A stretch of DNA of 64,000 bases from an uncultured Gemmatimonadales bacterium. GTDB lineage: Bacteria > Gemmatimonadota > Gemmatimonadetes > Gemmatimonadales > GWC2-71-9. The stretch spans positions 1,888,001 through 1,952,000 of the forward strand of contig CAWHFW010000005.1 of the NCBI GenBank assembly GCA_963828735.1, written 5' to 3'. A program made the position numbers and the translations under genes. Each line of letters begins with the position of its first letter. Position 1 is the first letter of the stretch. The notes below the pieces were generated by a model. The model searched no databases and was not told the origin of the DNA. It saw only the letters and a program-made list of their open reading frames with translations. Shown here piece after piece: positions 30,765 to 41,068 of the stretch.

Positions 30765-31913
30765 CTAGGGGGAGCCGCGGGCGAGGTGTTCGACCGCGCC
30801 GAGCGGCGGCCACGCGCCCTTCGCGACGCGTTCCCGGGCCCTCGCGTCGCGCTTGAGGTAGGCGTCGAGGAAATCGCGCGTCGCCGCGGACACGGCGGCC
30901 CAGGCGGACGCCGTTTCGGCCGTAGCCGCGAGGGCGCTGCGGAGCGCCGGCTGCTCCACGCTCGCGGCGCCGAGGCTGGTGAAGTGGTGATGGTGCATCG
31001 CGGGGACCATCACGAGGTAGCGGTCGGCCGACGTGAGCGACCGCAGCAGCCCGAAATCCGGCGCCATGAACGGATCCAGCCGCTCATACAAGTGGAGAAT
31101 CGGCGCGCGCGCCGAGTCCGGCGCGTACCCCGGCGCCGCCTCGAGGCTTTCGCGGCCGGTGGCGGTGCCGATCCCGCCATCCAGGCTCACGAGGGCGGCC
31201 ACGCGGGGCTCGCGCATGCTGAGGAGCAGCGCCGCGCGCGCGCCGAAGCTGTGGCCGATGACGCCGACTCGGCGAGCATCGACATCGGACCGCATCGCCA
31301 CCCGGGCCAGCACGAAGGCCAGGTCGAGCGCCTGCTCGGAAGCCCGCGCGCCCACTTCCCGCTCATCGGCGAGCGGTCCCGTAATGCGCATCGGCGAGGG
31401 CGCCGTGGCGACGACGAAGCCGTGGCTGGCGAGCGATTCGCAAAGGGGCGCCTGGTCGTGCAGCGTCTGTCCGTTGCCCTGCGCAACCAGCACCAGCGGA
31501 AACCGGCCGGCGGCGGGCGGCGCGTCGGCGGTCGCCACCATCGGTGCGTCGAGCCAGGCCGTGACGGCCGCGGGCGCCGCCCCATGCGCCGCGAGGAAGC
31601 CGGTGAACTCGTCGAGCTCGCGCCGCGCCGCCTCGGCGGGGGCCAGCGAGTCCTGCGGGGGAGGTGTGAGCAGGAAGTAGGTCCGGTACGTGAGGGGCCG
31701 GGCGCCGGCGCCGCGGGCCGGATACCAGATCCCGACGTCGATCGGCCGCGGCGCGCCCGAGGGCAGCGGACGGGTCGAGTCCGCTGCGACGAGGCGGGTG
31801 AACCCCACCGGCCATTCCGCCGTGGAGCGGTCCGGGGTCTGGGCCTTGAGGGAGGTGCCCAGGCCGGCGATCAGAACGGCAAACAGCAACGGGGTAGTCC
31901 AGCGAGGTGACAT
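30765..31913 (-). CDS. Secreted alpha/beta hydrolase (dienelactone hydrolase / PAF-AH-like)
   Basis: Signal peptide; IWYPA, LASHGFVV, GHSFG, SLDG. Confidence 0.8.
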   Translation of the reverse strand: MSPRWTTPLLFAVLIAGLGTSLKAQTPDRSTAEWPVGFTRLVAADSTRPLPSGAPRPIDVGIWYPARGAGARPLTYRTYFLLTPPPQDSLAPAEAARRELDEFTGFLAAHGAAPAAVTAWLDAPMVATADAPPAAGRFPLVLVAQGNGQTLHDQAPLCESLASHGFVVATAPSPMRITGPLADEREVGARASEQALDLAFVLARVAMRSDVDARRVGVIGHSFGARAALLLSMREPRVAALVSLDGGIGTATGRESLEAAPGYAPDSARAPILHLYERLDPFMAPDFGLLRSLTSADRYLVMVPAMHHHHFTSLGAASVEQPALRSALAATAETASAWAAVSAATRDFLDAYLKRDARARERVAKGAWPPLGAVEHLARGSP

Positions 31914-32015
31914 CCAGGCCTCGCGAACGGGGCCGTGTCGATTTCGCCGGCGCCCATTCGACGTGTCGGTAGAGCCAGGGAATCCGTTCCGAACCTCTGC
32001 CGTCAGGAGATCGCC

Positions 32016-32393
32016 ATGACATCCCGCTGGACCGCCCGTATCATGGCCACCGTCGCGATTCTGTTCCTGCTGTTCGACTGCATCATCAAGATCGTCCGGC
32101 TGGCGCCGGCCGTCGAAGGCACCGTCAAGCTCGGATACCCCGCGTCCGTGGTCGTCGGGCTCGGACTGATCGAGCTGCTCTGCCTCATCGCGTACGTCGT
32201 TCCCGCGACCTCCGTGCTGGGCGCGGTTCTGCTGACGGGCTACCTGGGCGGTGCCGTCGCGACGCATGTTCGTATCGGCAACCCGTGGATGACTCACATC
32301 CTGTTTCCCGTCTACGTTGCCGTGCTGCTGTGGACGCCGCTCGTCCTGCGGGATCCGCGAGTCCGTGCGCTGGTGCCGTTCGCAGGGCGCTGA
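32016..32393 (+). CDS. DoxX family membrane protein
   Basis: FLLFDCIIK, LGYP, TSVLGAVLLTGYLGGAVATHVR; AGGAG RBS. Confidence 0.88.
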   Translation: MTSRWTARIMATVAILFLLFDCIIKIVRLAPAVEGTVKLGYPASVVVGLGLIELLCLIAYVVPATSVLGAVLLTGYLGGAVATHVRIGNPWMTHILFPVYVAVLLWTPLVLRDPRVRALVPFAGR

Positions 32394-32437
32394 GCCGCCG
32401 TGTTCACCGTCCATGGCATCCGGAGCCGTTCGACAGC

Positions 32438-32767
32438 ATGAGCGTGGTGAAGGCCCGATGGTCCGCGAGCACTCTCGCTGTAGGACGTGCGTCGCAAGGT
32501 GGAGGTGCACTCGCCGTCGTCGTCCCGCTCATCCTGGGCGGGCGGTTGCTGGTGAAGGCGTATGAGCGGAGCAATGGTTGCTGGTCGAGCGCTATGGCGT
32601 GTATGACGCGTCGCGGCGGGTATGGCACCAGAACCGGATCACGAACCGGGGCAGCCTGCTGCTCGCGATGGCGGGGTCGATCGCGGCCGCACGGCGAACA
32701 GCACGTTCTTGCTCGTCTGCGCGGCATCTGGTGGACTGTGCGCGAACGGTCGGACACGCGGTGGTGA
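32438..32767 (+). pseudogene. Possible frameshifted small membrane-protein gene
   Basis: Coding-like high-GC3 segments alternate among the three forward frames. Confidence 0.3.
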
Positions 32768-32804
32768 GCCGCCCTCCCCACGAGCAGCGATCACTCCGTC
32801 CCCC

Positions 32805-33747
32805 CTAGCGCCGCACCCGTCCGATCAGCCCGAGCGGCACGCTCCGCGTTCCCGGCCACGTCCGGACCGATCCGCCGGCCTCGCGCAGCATGAGCTGCCC
32901 CGAGATTCCGCCGTCGAGCAGCAGTGCCTGGCGGCAGCCGAGCGACCCCATCACCGCCGCCATCTCCTCCGACGTGAATCCGAACGGCACCCGGCCGAGC
33001 GATTCGCCGAGTGCGTCGAAGCGTGTGAGCGCCACGACCACCCGACCATCCTCCATCGTGCCGATCGCGAGCCGGGCATCGCGGTGCTCCACGTTGACGC
33101 CGAGCCCCGGCCGCGAGAGCGCCGACGGCACCGTGCCGTCCTGGAGCAGCATCGGGTAGCTCTGGAACGCTTCGCGCGCCACGCCGCTCGCCCGTTCGGC
33201 GGCCACCGCGTCCGGCGGAACCACCCGCACGGCGCCCGACGCATCCACCACGACCGCGCCCGCGAGCGGCGCGAACTGCGGCGCGAGGATCTCGCGTCCG
33301 CCGCTCACGACCCAGCCCCACGGAAGCGATCCGCGGAACTGGCCCGCGTCGAGCGCGAGGATGGCGTCGTCACCGGCGTCGCCGACGGTCCAGCGACGGT
33401 CGCCGGCAAAGGCGGGCGCGAGCGACAGCCCGACCTTGCGCGGATCCAGCCGCGCCATCACGACCCGGGTGCGCCACGCCTCACTCGCGCCGCGGAGCAC
33501 GACCTCGCCCCACTCGACACCGTCCGACCCGGACCGCCACGCGACCCGCTCCGCCAGCGGCGCCGAGCCGTTCCAGCGCGCGGGCGACGACGCCCGACGC
33601 CAGAAAGTGACCCACCGGCCGCCGTCCCGCACCGCGAGGCCATCCGCGGCCGCTGCGGGTCCGTCAGCCGGGCGCGCGGCCGCGAGCGCACCAGCGGCGA
33701 CTGCCGCGGCGCCCAGCGCGATCGCTGCCCGGCAGGAGCGCCTTCAT
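32805..33747 (-). CDS. Phosphodiester glycosidase (NAGPA-like) family, with frameshift just after the ATG
   Basis: DAGQF, AFQSYPML, RDARLAIG, ALLLDGGISGQ; signal peptide RRSCRAAIALG is one base out of frame with ATG 33747. Confidence 0.75.
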
Positions 33748-33750
33748 GAG

Positions 33751-34791
33751 TTACTGACCCGCGGTGCAGCCGGCCATCTGCAACTGCTGCAGGGTATCGG
33801 CGATGGCCATCATGGTCGCCGTGTCGCCCTTCTTCTGCGCGGCCTGGGCGCGCTCCCCCAGCGCCTCGATCTCCTTCTGATGCTTCATGGCGTTCTGCGC
33901 CATGCAATTGCTCATCGCTGAGGCAGCCGGAGACACCGCGGGCGCCGCGGGCTGGGTCGGAGCGGGCTGGGGCGCGGGCGCCGCCTTCTTGGCGCGCGCG
34001 GGGGGCGCGTCCTGGATGCCGAGCAGCGACTTGAGATCTCCGGCCCGCGCGGTCACGGCGCTCTTCTCCGAGGCCGACGCGTCCGGCGGCGGGCTGCCGC
34101 GGAGGATGCCTTCGGCGCGCTCGAGACCCATAGCGTACTCGGCCGGCGAGAGGCCCGATGCCTTGGCGGCCGACTTCTCGGCCGAGGCATCGATGCTGCG
34201 CTGGGCACCGTAGTAGTCGTCCGGCTGGGCGGGCTCCTTCACGACGCAGCTCGGGTCCTGCATGGCCATCGCCTGGTCGTTGTAGGCCATGGCCGCCTTG
34301 GTGTCGCCCTTGCTCTGGGCCTCCACCATCTTGTTGACCAGGTCGTTGTACTTGTCCATCATCTTCTCGTCCGCGGCCATGCGGTTCGGGAAGGTCGCCC
34401 GCGCCTCCTCGCACTTGGGCTTCGCCGTCTCGTACGCTGCGAGCGCCTGGTGGTACCGGCCGTAGGGCGTGTCTTCCTTGCTCGCCGCCCGGCGCACCGA
34501 GTCACCCGCCTTGAGCCCGGTCACGAGCCTGTCCACGACGTCCGGGGTGAGCACCACCGTTCCACCGATCGCCGCGTTCTGCGCCGCCGGGGTGGGCGCC
34601 GTCGCCGCCGGGGCTTCGGACACGCCCGCCTCCTTCTGAGCTTCCGTCGCGGCCTCTTGGCCGGCCGCCGACTTCAGCTTCTTCTTGAGCCCGCCGAACT
34701 GCGCCGCCGCCGGCGTCGAGATGCCGAGGAGCAGGAGCGCGCACGCCGCCGCCCGCGCGAGAGCGGTTGCCCGCCTATGGTTGTTCCGCAT
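33751..34791 (-). CDS. Secreted helical hypothetical protein
   Basis: AAGGAG RBS; signal peptide then QFGGLKKKLK; Met/Ala-rich with Cys pairs. Confidence 0.8.
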   Translation of the reverse strand: MRNNHRRATALARAAACALLLLGISTPAAAQFGGLKKKLKSAAGQEAATEAQKEAGVSEAPAATAPTPAAQNAAIGGTVVLTPDVVDRLVTGLKAGDSVRRAASKEDTPYGRYHQALAAYETAKPKCEEARATFPNRMAADEKMMDKYNDLVNKMVEAQSKGDTKAAMAYNDQAMAMQDPSCVVKEPAQPDDYYGAQRSIDASAEKSAAKASGLSPAEYAMGLERAEGILRGSPPPDASASEKSAVTARAGDLKSLLGIQDAPPARAKKAAPAPQPAPTQPAAPAVSPAASAMSNCMAQNAMKHQKEIEALGERAQAAQKKGDTATMMAIADTLQQLQMAGCTAGQ

Positions 34792-35105
34792 GATGTCTCC
34801 TTGGTGTGATCGAGCCCCCCGGCCGTTCGGGCCGGTGCCGCATCCGTATGACGTAGCGCCCGGTGCGAAATTCTCAGCCGCGGGCGGGCTTCGAGGACGA
34901 GCGTGAGGAGGAGTGGAATGTGTGGAAATGTGGAGCTCGGAAGGCGGAGGCGCCAGCGCCGCTCACGGCGCGCGGACGAAGAGTGCCAGGAACTGGTCCG
35001 GCGATCCCGGTCCCTCGCCGCCGAGCGCGACCCTAATCGAGTCCTCGGAAGAAGGGATGTATCTCACCATGCGCCGACGGTGTGACTCGACCGGGACCGG
35101 CCCCG

Positions 35106-35465
35106 TCAGCGCTCGGCGCCCGTTCGCGCCCAAGGGATCAGGTCGAGCCGCTCGAAGGCGATCGCCTCCCCGGTCGTCTCGCTGATCCCGAACCGCTCGG
35201 GGTGCTCGTAAAGCCGCTGCAGCGCCGCGTCGATCTCCTCGAGCTCGCGGCTCGCGCGCTGGGCGAGCTGGGCCGCCATCTCCTGGTCGAAGTTGTCCGT
35301 GCCCTGGTCGGCCACGTGCGAGGGGAAGCTCGAGATGTCCCCGTCGCTCTCCCCCTGACTCGCGACGCGCTCCTCGTCGTAGCGCCGGATGATCGCCTGC
35401 GCGCGTTCGCGCTCCTCCCGCAGTCGGCGCTCCAGATGCCGGCGCTGCTCGTCGGTCAGTTTCAT
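35106..35465 (-). CDS. TraR/DksA family protein without Zn-finger cysteines
   Basis: GGAGG RBS; coiled coil HVADQGTD...EIDAALQRL; FGISETTGEAIAFERLDLIPWA. Confidence 0.85.
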   Translation of the reverse strand: MKLTDEQRRHLERRLREERERAQAIIRRYDEERVASQGESDGDISSFPSHVADQGTDNFDQEMAAQLAQRASRELEEIDAALQRLYEHPERFGISETTGEAIAFERLDLIPWARTGAER

Positions 35466-35536
35466 CGAATCCTCCGTGCCCTGAATTTCGCGGCAATGGC
35501 GGCGACGCGCTGTAACGCGGGCCACCTCCATCACCG

Positions 35537-36085
35537 TCATCGTGTCCCCGCGTCGGCGGCGAGCCGGCGGCCGATCTCGCGGATCTGCCCCGCGTGCCGC
35601 GCCTCGTGCTGTCCGAGGAAGAGGATCCACTCGTACAGCGTGAGCGGCCCGTATGCGACGTGCGGGACGCTGATCGTCCCGAGCGCGAGCCCGTCACCTT
35701 GCGCCACGGCGGCTCGCAGCGCGGCCCGTGACTCGACCAACGCGAGGACGGCTGCCGAGGATGTGAGCGCGCCCCTCGGCTGCACGAACTCCGGAGCCGG
35801 AAGCGGCTCCCCGCCCTCGGTGAGGCGCAGGTGATCGAGGCTGTGCAGCAGCGAGCCGGCCTCGGTCTCCGCCCCGGCGGCGCGCGCGGTCTCGAGCTGC
35901 CGCACCACGAGCCGCCCGATCCCGCGCTCGACGCGATGCAGGTGCTCCAGCACCTCGGCGACGGACCATGTATCGGGGCTCGGCCGCCTGTCTCTGAGCG
36001 GCTCCGGCACGCTGGCCACGGCCGCCATCAGGACCTGGCGCTGGGCCTCGGCGTACTCCATCAGCTCCGCGAGCCGGCGATGCAG
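35537..36085 (-). CDS. DinB family protein
   Basis: WSVAEVLEHL, PHVAYGPL, LGQHEARH; start uncertain (CTG 36085 after GGAGG). Confidence 0.85.
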   Translation of the reverse strand: MHRRLAELMEYAEAQRQVLMAAVASVPEPLRDRRPSPDTWSVAEVLEHLHRVERGIGRLVVRQLETARAAGAETEAGSLLHSLDHLRLTEGGEPLPAPEFVQPRGALTSSAAVLALVESRAALRAAVAQGDGLALGTISVPHVAYGPLTLYEWILFLGQHEARHAGQIREIGRRLAADAGTR

Positions 36086-36279
36086 GGTGCCTCCAGTGGC
36101 CGGTGATCCGCTGACTCTGCCCCCGCCGACGGCGGTTGTCAAACGTCGCCCGGCGCTCCGCCCTTCTTGCAATTCTCTAACACCGTTCCGCCGCTCGGGG
36201 ACGGCGATCCGGCGTCCTAGGGTGAGCACCAGGCTCGACCAGCCGGTATGAACCTCTCACCCAAGCAGGAGACCGGACC

Positions 36280-37248
36280 ATGCGACACCTCGTATTCATT
36301 GCGTCCCTGGCGCTCGCCGCCGCCGGATGCCAGAACTCGGCCGCGCCGCGCGACCCGGGTGACCCGGCGTTTTCGTCCGAAGCGAGCGACCGCGCCCATC
36401 TCGATCTCCGCGAGGAGCGGGCATCCCTCATCGCCGCCGGGAACGCGCTCTCGAGCACCATCGCGCAACAGGGTGTCGTCACCGGCCTCGGCGGCGCGCT
36501 CACGGACGATGCCCTCTTCCTCACGCCGCGGGTCAACGTGCTGAGCGGCCGGACCGCGGTCACCAGCTTCCTCGGGAGCGGCGATCCGCTCGCTCCGACC
36601 GCCCTCCAGTGGAGCATCTTCGTCGCCGACGTGTCGAACGACGGCATGCAGGGATTCACCTGGGGCGAGGGGTCGTCCACCATCGACCTCGGCGCCGGCC
36701 CGACCCCGCGTCCGAGCTACTTCCTGATCTACTGGCGCCGGGCGGCCGGCGGCGACTGGCAGGTCGCGGCACTGGTCTACAACGCCGGCGGCCCGCGGAC
36801 CAGCCCGCTTCCATCCGGCTTCGGGACACCCGACACCAAGCACCGCCGGAATTTCCCCAACACGGAAGTCGACGCCCAGAAGGCGCAGATCCTCGGCGTG
36901 GACGCGGCGTTCAGCGCGGCGTCGGTGAGCCAGGGCAGTGGACCCGCCTTCGAGCAGTTCGCCGCGCCGAATGCCATCGCGGTGAGCGGCCCCGACCTGG
37001 TGTTCGGCCCCGCTGACATCGGCGTGGCGTTCACCGGCGGCCCGAACGACGTCGTGAGCTGGGTGCCTCGCTTTTCGGGCGCCGCCGCCAGCGGCGATCT
37101 CGGCTTCTCGGTCGGCGAGGCGACCTTCGTCATCGAGGGCGCGGGTACCTTCTTCTCCAAGTACCTGACCATCTGGCAGAAGCAGGACACGGGCGCATGG
37201 CGCTTCGTCTCGGATCTGGGGAGCTCGCGTCCGGCGCCCGCGCCGTGA
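36280..37248 (+). CDS. Lipoprotein with tandem NTF2/DUF4440-like domains
   Basis: Lipobox AAGC; repeated ADVSNDG..GFTWG..YWRR and AAASGDLGFSVG..YLTIWQKQ. Confidence 0.8.
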   Translation: MRHLVFIASLALAAAGCQNSAAPRDPGDPAFSSEASDRAHLDLREERASLIAAGNALSSTIAQQGVVTGLGGALTDDALFLTPRVNVLSGRTAVTSFLGSGDPLAPTALQWSIFVADVSNDGMQGFTWGEGSSTIDLGAGPTPRPSYFLIYWRRAAGGDWQVAALVYNAGGPRTSPLPSGFGTPDTKHRRNFPNTEVDAQKAQILGVDAAFSAASVSQGSGPAFEQFAAPNAIAVSGPDLVFGPADIGVAFTGGPNDVVSWVPRFSGAAASGDLGFSVGEATFVIEGAGTFFSKYLTIWQKQDTGAWRFVSDLGSSRPAPAP

Positions 37249-37324
37249 CCGGCCGCGCGCGCTGACGGATCGCTGACGCCCGGGTGCCGCGATCACGGCG
37301 CTCGGGCGTCTCCACTCGAAACCC

Positions 37325-38495
37325 ATGCGCCTCTTTCGCGATCCGGAGCCTGTCCACGAGCTGCCCATGGCGGCGCCGACCCTCGACGGGCCGGCGCCCC
37401 GGGCGCAGCTGCGGGATCTGATCGGCCTCGGCCGGCTCTTCCTGCTCGGCTTCGGCTTCTGGACCCTCACCGGCCTGCTGTTCGCCGGCGAGGGCGCGCT
37501 GATGCAGGCGCACGTCGGCGTGGCGGAGCCGTTCGCCCGGCTCGTCGCGGAGCAGCTCGCGAGCTGGTGGCCGTGCGCGCTGCTCACGCCTCCGGTCGTC
37601 GCCCTCACGCTCCGGGCCAGGAGGCCCGGCGCCTCGCGGGGCCACGTGCTCGGCGTGCATGCGGTCGGCGCCGTCCTGTTCCTCACGGTCGGCGGCGCGC
37701 TCATGGGCATCGCCGAGAACCTGCTGCCGTGGGCCAAGCCGGAGGGCGACCTCGTGACCGTCGCCGTGCTGGGGCATTCTCCGGTACATCGGTCCCGACA
37801 TGCTGCTCTACGCGCTCATCGTCGCGGCGGCGGAGGCCGCCGCGCACGCGTGGGAGAGCCGGCAGCGCGCGCTCGCGGCCGCGACCTACGCGCGCCAGCT
37901 CGCCGAGGCGCGCCTGCACGTGCTGAGCGCGCAGCTGCAGCCCCACTTCCTGTTCAACGCGCTGCACGCCATCTCCGCCCTCGTCTGGGAGGATCCTGCC
38001 CGCGCCGACCGTCTGCTTGCCCGGCTGAGCGAGATGCTGCGCCTCACCCTTCGGAGCGGCACGCAGGTCGAGACCACGCTCGCCGAGGAGGTCACCCTGC
38101 TCGAGCGCTACGCCGAGATCCAGGAGGCGCGCTACGGTGACCGGCTCCGGGTCTCCTTCGACGTCGAGGCCCGGGTGCGCGACGCGCTGGTGCCTCGACT
38201 CCTGCTCCAGCCGCTGGTGGAGAATGCCATCCGGCACGGCGTCACCCGGCGGATCTCGCCGGGCGAGGTGCAGGTGCGCGCGTGGCAGGGCGACGGCCGG
38301 CTCAATCTCACCGTGCGCGACGACGGTGTCGGCCTGGGTGCGGCGGTGCGGGAAGGCGTCGGACTCTCGATCACCCGCGCGCGGCTCCGGCAGCTCTATG
38401 GCCGCGAGCAGCGGTTCGCCCTCGCGCCCGGCCCGGAGGGCGGCGCGGTGTGCACGCTCTCGATTCCGCTCCGGATGGCGGAGACGCCGCGGTGA
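37325..38495 (+). CDS. LytS/YehU-type membrane histidine kinase, split by a +1 frameshift
   Basis: QLQPHFLFNALH, LQPLVENAIRHG, DDGVG, GVGL; removing one G from GGGG at 37771-74 joins the TM region to the kinase. Confidence 0.85.
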
Positions 38496-39264
38496 CCGCG
38501 CCGACGGATCCGCGCCCTCATCGTGGACGACGAGCCGCTCGCGCGCGCCCGGCTCCGCGCGCTCCTCGCCAAACACGCCGACATGCAGCTCGTCGGTGAG
38601 TGCGCCGAGGGCGGGGAGGCGATCGCCGCGATCGGCCGGACGCATCCCGAGGTCGTGTTCCTCGACATCCAGATGACCGAGACCACCGGTCTCGACGTGG
38701 CGACCAGCCTCGCCGCGGAGCCTCGGCCCGCCGTCGTGTTCGTCACGGCCCACGAGCGGTACGCGCTCGAGGCGTTCGAGGTCCGGGCCCTCGACTATCT
38801 GCTCAAGCCGTTCGAGGAGAGCCGGTTCACGGCCACGCTCGACCGGGTGCGCACCTACACGTCGGCAATCCGCGCACAGCGCTCGCACGAGCACCTGGTC
38901 GGCATCCTCCGCGAGCTGTCGAACACGCCGCTGGCCGAGCTCGAGCGGCTGCGCGCGCCCGCCATGCCGCTTCGATTCGCGGACATCGACGCTGGATACG
39001 GCGACCCGGGACGTCCGCCGAGCCGGGCAGCCGATCGCGCTCCGGCCCAAGGAATACGAGCTGCTGGTGGCGTTGATGCGGCGGGGCGGGGAAGTCGTGT
39101 CGCGCCGCGAGCTGTTGGCGGAAGTCTGGGGCTATCAGGAGAACGTGACCAGTCGGACCGTGGACACTCACATGGCGGTGTTGCGCCGGAAGATGGGGCA
39201 CGCCCCAGATGAGCCGGGCTACATCATGACGGTCGCCAAGGCGGGATACCGGATGCGGGAGTAG
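38492..39264 (+). CDS. Response regulator: LytR/AlgR-type receiver + OmpR/PhoB winged helix, two +1 frameshifts
   Basis: IVDDEPLAR, FLDIQM, FVTAH, DYLLKPF; after a shift near 38991, LRPKEYELL...VVSRRELLAEVWGY...RTVDTHM. Confidence 0.78.
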
Positions 39265-39288
39265 CTCCGGTGGCGGTCGACCGCTCCC

Positions 39289-40500
39289 TCAGCGCGGGGC
39301 GGGCCGCCGGAGCGGTTGCAGGTGAGCGTAGGTGGCCGTTCGCCAGACCCACTCGAGCGGTCCGAAACGGTACCGCCGAAGCCACGCGGTGCTCAGCGCC
39401 GCCACGACCGCGAAGAGAAGGCCGGCCGCCGGCGCGTACACGAAAGGCCGGAGCTTGAGGTCGAGGCCGTAGCCCGAGCTCAGGAAGTCGAGGAGCGCGG
39501 CCTGCAGCATGTAGTTGGTGAGTGCCATGCGTCCGGCCTGGCCGAACGGCGCCAGCCTGGCGGCCCAGACCGGGCGAGCGTCCAGCAGCAGCAGGACCGC
39601 GCCGATGTAGGCGAAGCAGAGCCACTGGTCCTGGGCGATTCCGAATCCCCACGCGAGCGTCCCGTCGAGGCCGGGCACACCCGTCGACGGCAGGTGCCTC
39701 AGCACGGTCCAGGACAGGGCCCACGCGAGCACGCCGAAGATCATCCAGCCGACGATCAAGCGCGCCTGACGCCGCGGCTCATCGAGCACGCCATGCCGCA
39801 CCGCCAGCAGCCCGACGATGAACAACGCCAGGTTCGTGTCGGGAATCAGGTCGTCCCACCCGTGCGGCAGGGTCCCCACGAACAACGCCCAGCGGGCCGA
39901 CAGCAAGGCGCCGTAGTGACTCTGCTGGGTGGCGAGCTCCACGGCGCGGCGGAGCGCCGCCATCACAGGAGACGGCGCTGGCAGCGCGGCGCCAATGACC
40001 CAGGCATGGAGCGCCGCCCCCGCGCCCAGGATGGGGCGCGCGGACGCCGCGAGAGCGGCCGACACCAGCAGCGCCCGGTCGGACCAGCGCCGGACGACCA
40101 GCAGCGCGAGACCCCAGCACGCATAGCTGAACAGGATCTGGAAGCCGAAGCACACGTCGGCCACGATGCCGAACACCGCGAGCGTCGCGAGCCGCCGGAG
40201 ATAGATGGGCACGATCGGGTCGTGGCGTGCCTCGAGCCGGCGCAGCAGGATGGCGAAGCCCGCCCCGAACAGGAACGCGAAGGTGCCCCAGGCTTTCTGC
40301 TCGACCAGCACGTAGACGCCCCAGCCGATCAGGTCCTCCACGCCCGTCGCGTCGAGGCGCATCTTCTGATGGAAGTGCACCAGGATCATCGCGCACAGGG
40401 CGAGCCCGCGGAGGATGTCGAGCGCGTGCAGCCGGTCGTCGGCTGCCAGCGGCGCCGCGGGACGGGCGACTTCGGGAGCGATGGAAGACGCGACGCCCAT
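39289..40500 (-). CDS. DUF418 / YeiB family membrane protein
   Basis: RLHALDILRGLAL, FAFLFGAGF, GRMALTNYMLQ, RFGPLEWVWR. Confidence 0.9.
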   Translation of the reverse strand: MGVASSIAPEVARPAAPLAADDRLHALDILRGLALCAMILVHFHQKMRLDATGVEDLIGWGVYVLVEQKAWGTFAFLFGAGFAILLRRLEARHDPIVPIYLRRLATLAVFGIVADVCFGFQILFSYACWGLALLVVRRWSDRALLVSAALAASARPILGAGAALHAWVIGAALPAPSPVMAALRRAVELATQQSHYGALLSARWALFVGTLPHGWDDLIPDTNLALFIVGLLAVRHGVLDEPRRQARLIVGWMIFGVLAWALSWTVLRHLPSTGVPGLDGTLAWGFGIAQDQWLCFAYIGAVLLLLDARPVWAARLAPFGQAGRMALTNYMLQAALLDFLSSGYGLDLKLRPFVYAPAAGLLFAVVAALSTAWLRRYRFGPLEWVWRTATYAHLQPLRRPAPR

Positions 40501-40638
40501 TCGCACCTCGAGTGCTGATCGCGCCCTCGGCGGTGCCGCGGGCCGTCGATCGATGTGGAAACGTGTGCAGTGAGGATTCCCCTTCGTTCTTTGATACGCA
40601 AGGCAAGCGGAAGATGACTCGCGTAGGAAACCGGCTGC

Positions 40639-40694
40639 TTGACGAACGCGGACTCGGTGTTATATAACCTATAGGTTATCTAACTGACTGGTTA
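40639..40694 (+). promoter_or_regulatory. Sigma-70 promoter with tandem ArsR operator palindromes
   Basis: TTGACG (40639-44), TGnTATATA (40658-66); perfect palindrome ATAACCTATAGGTTAT (40664-79) and TAACTGACTGGTTA (40681-94). Confidence 0.72.
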
Positions 40695-40699
40695 CCGAC

Positions 40700-41068
40700 A
40701 TGACGAGCATCATGCGCGCAGCCACAGATTCCCTGAGCACCACGCTCTCGGCTCTCGCCGATCCTACTCGCCGCGCGATCCTCCTTCGGCTGGTGGAGGG
40801 GCCCGCCACGGTCAAGGAGCTCTCCGCCCCGTTCGAGATGAGCGGGCCCGCGGTCTCCAAACACCTCCGCGTGCTCGAGCGCGCTGGCCTGATCCAGCGC
40901 GGACGAGAGGCGCAGTGGCGTCCTCGCACGCTCGACGCCGGCCCGATCCGGGAGGTCGCCGAGTGGGCCGGAGAGTTCCGCCGATTCTGGGACGCCAGCT
41001 ACGCCCGCCTCGACGCCTACCTCGAACGCCTCAAGCGACAGGAGAAGCACGATGGCCACCGCCACTAG
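40700..41068 (+). CDS. ArsR/SmtB family regulator (SRPBCC-associated type)
   Basis: ALADPTRRAIL, AVSKHLRVLERAGLI, REAQWRP. Confidence 0.93.
   Translation: MTSIMRAATDSLSTTLSALADPTRRAILLRLVEGPATVKELSAPFEMSGPAVSKHLRVLERAGLIQRGREAQWRPRTLDAGPIREVAEWAGEFRRFWDASYARLDAYLERLKRQEKHDGHRH

Noticed and set aside
34911..35070. TGTGGA repeats and a 35-aa minus-strand ORF
   Set aside because: Only one near-DnaA box, no RBS and no recognisable motif
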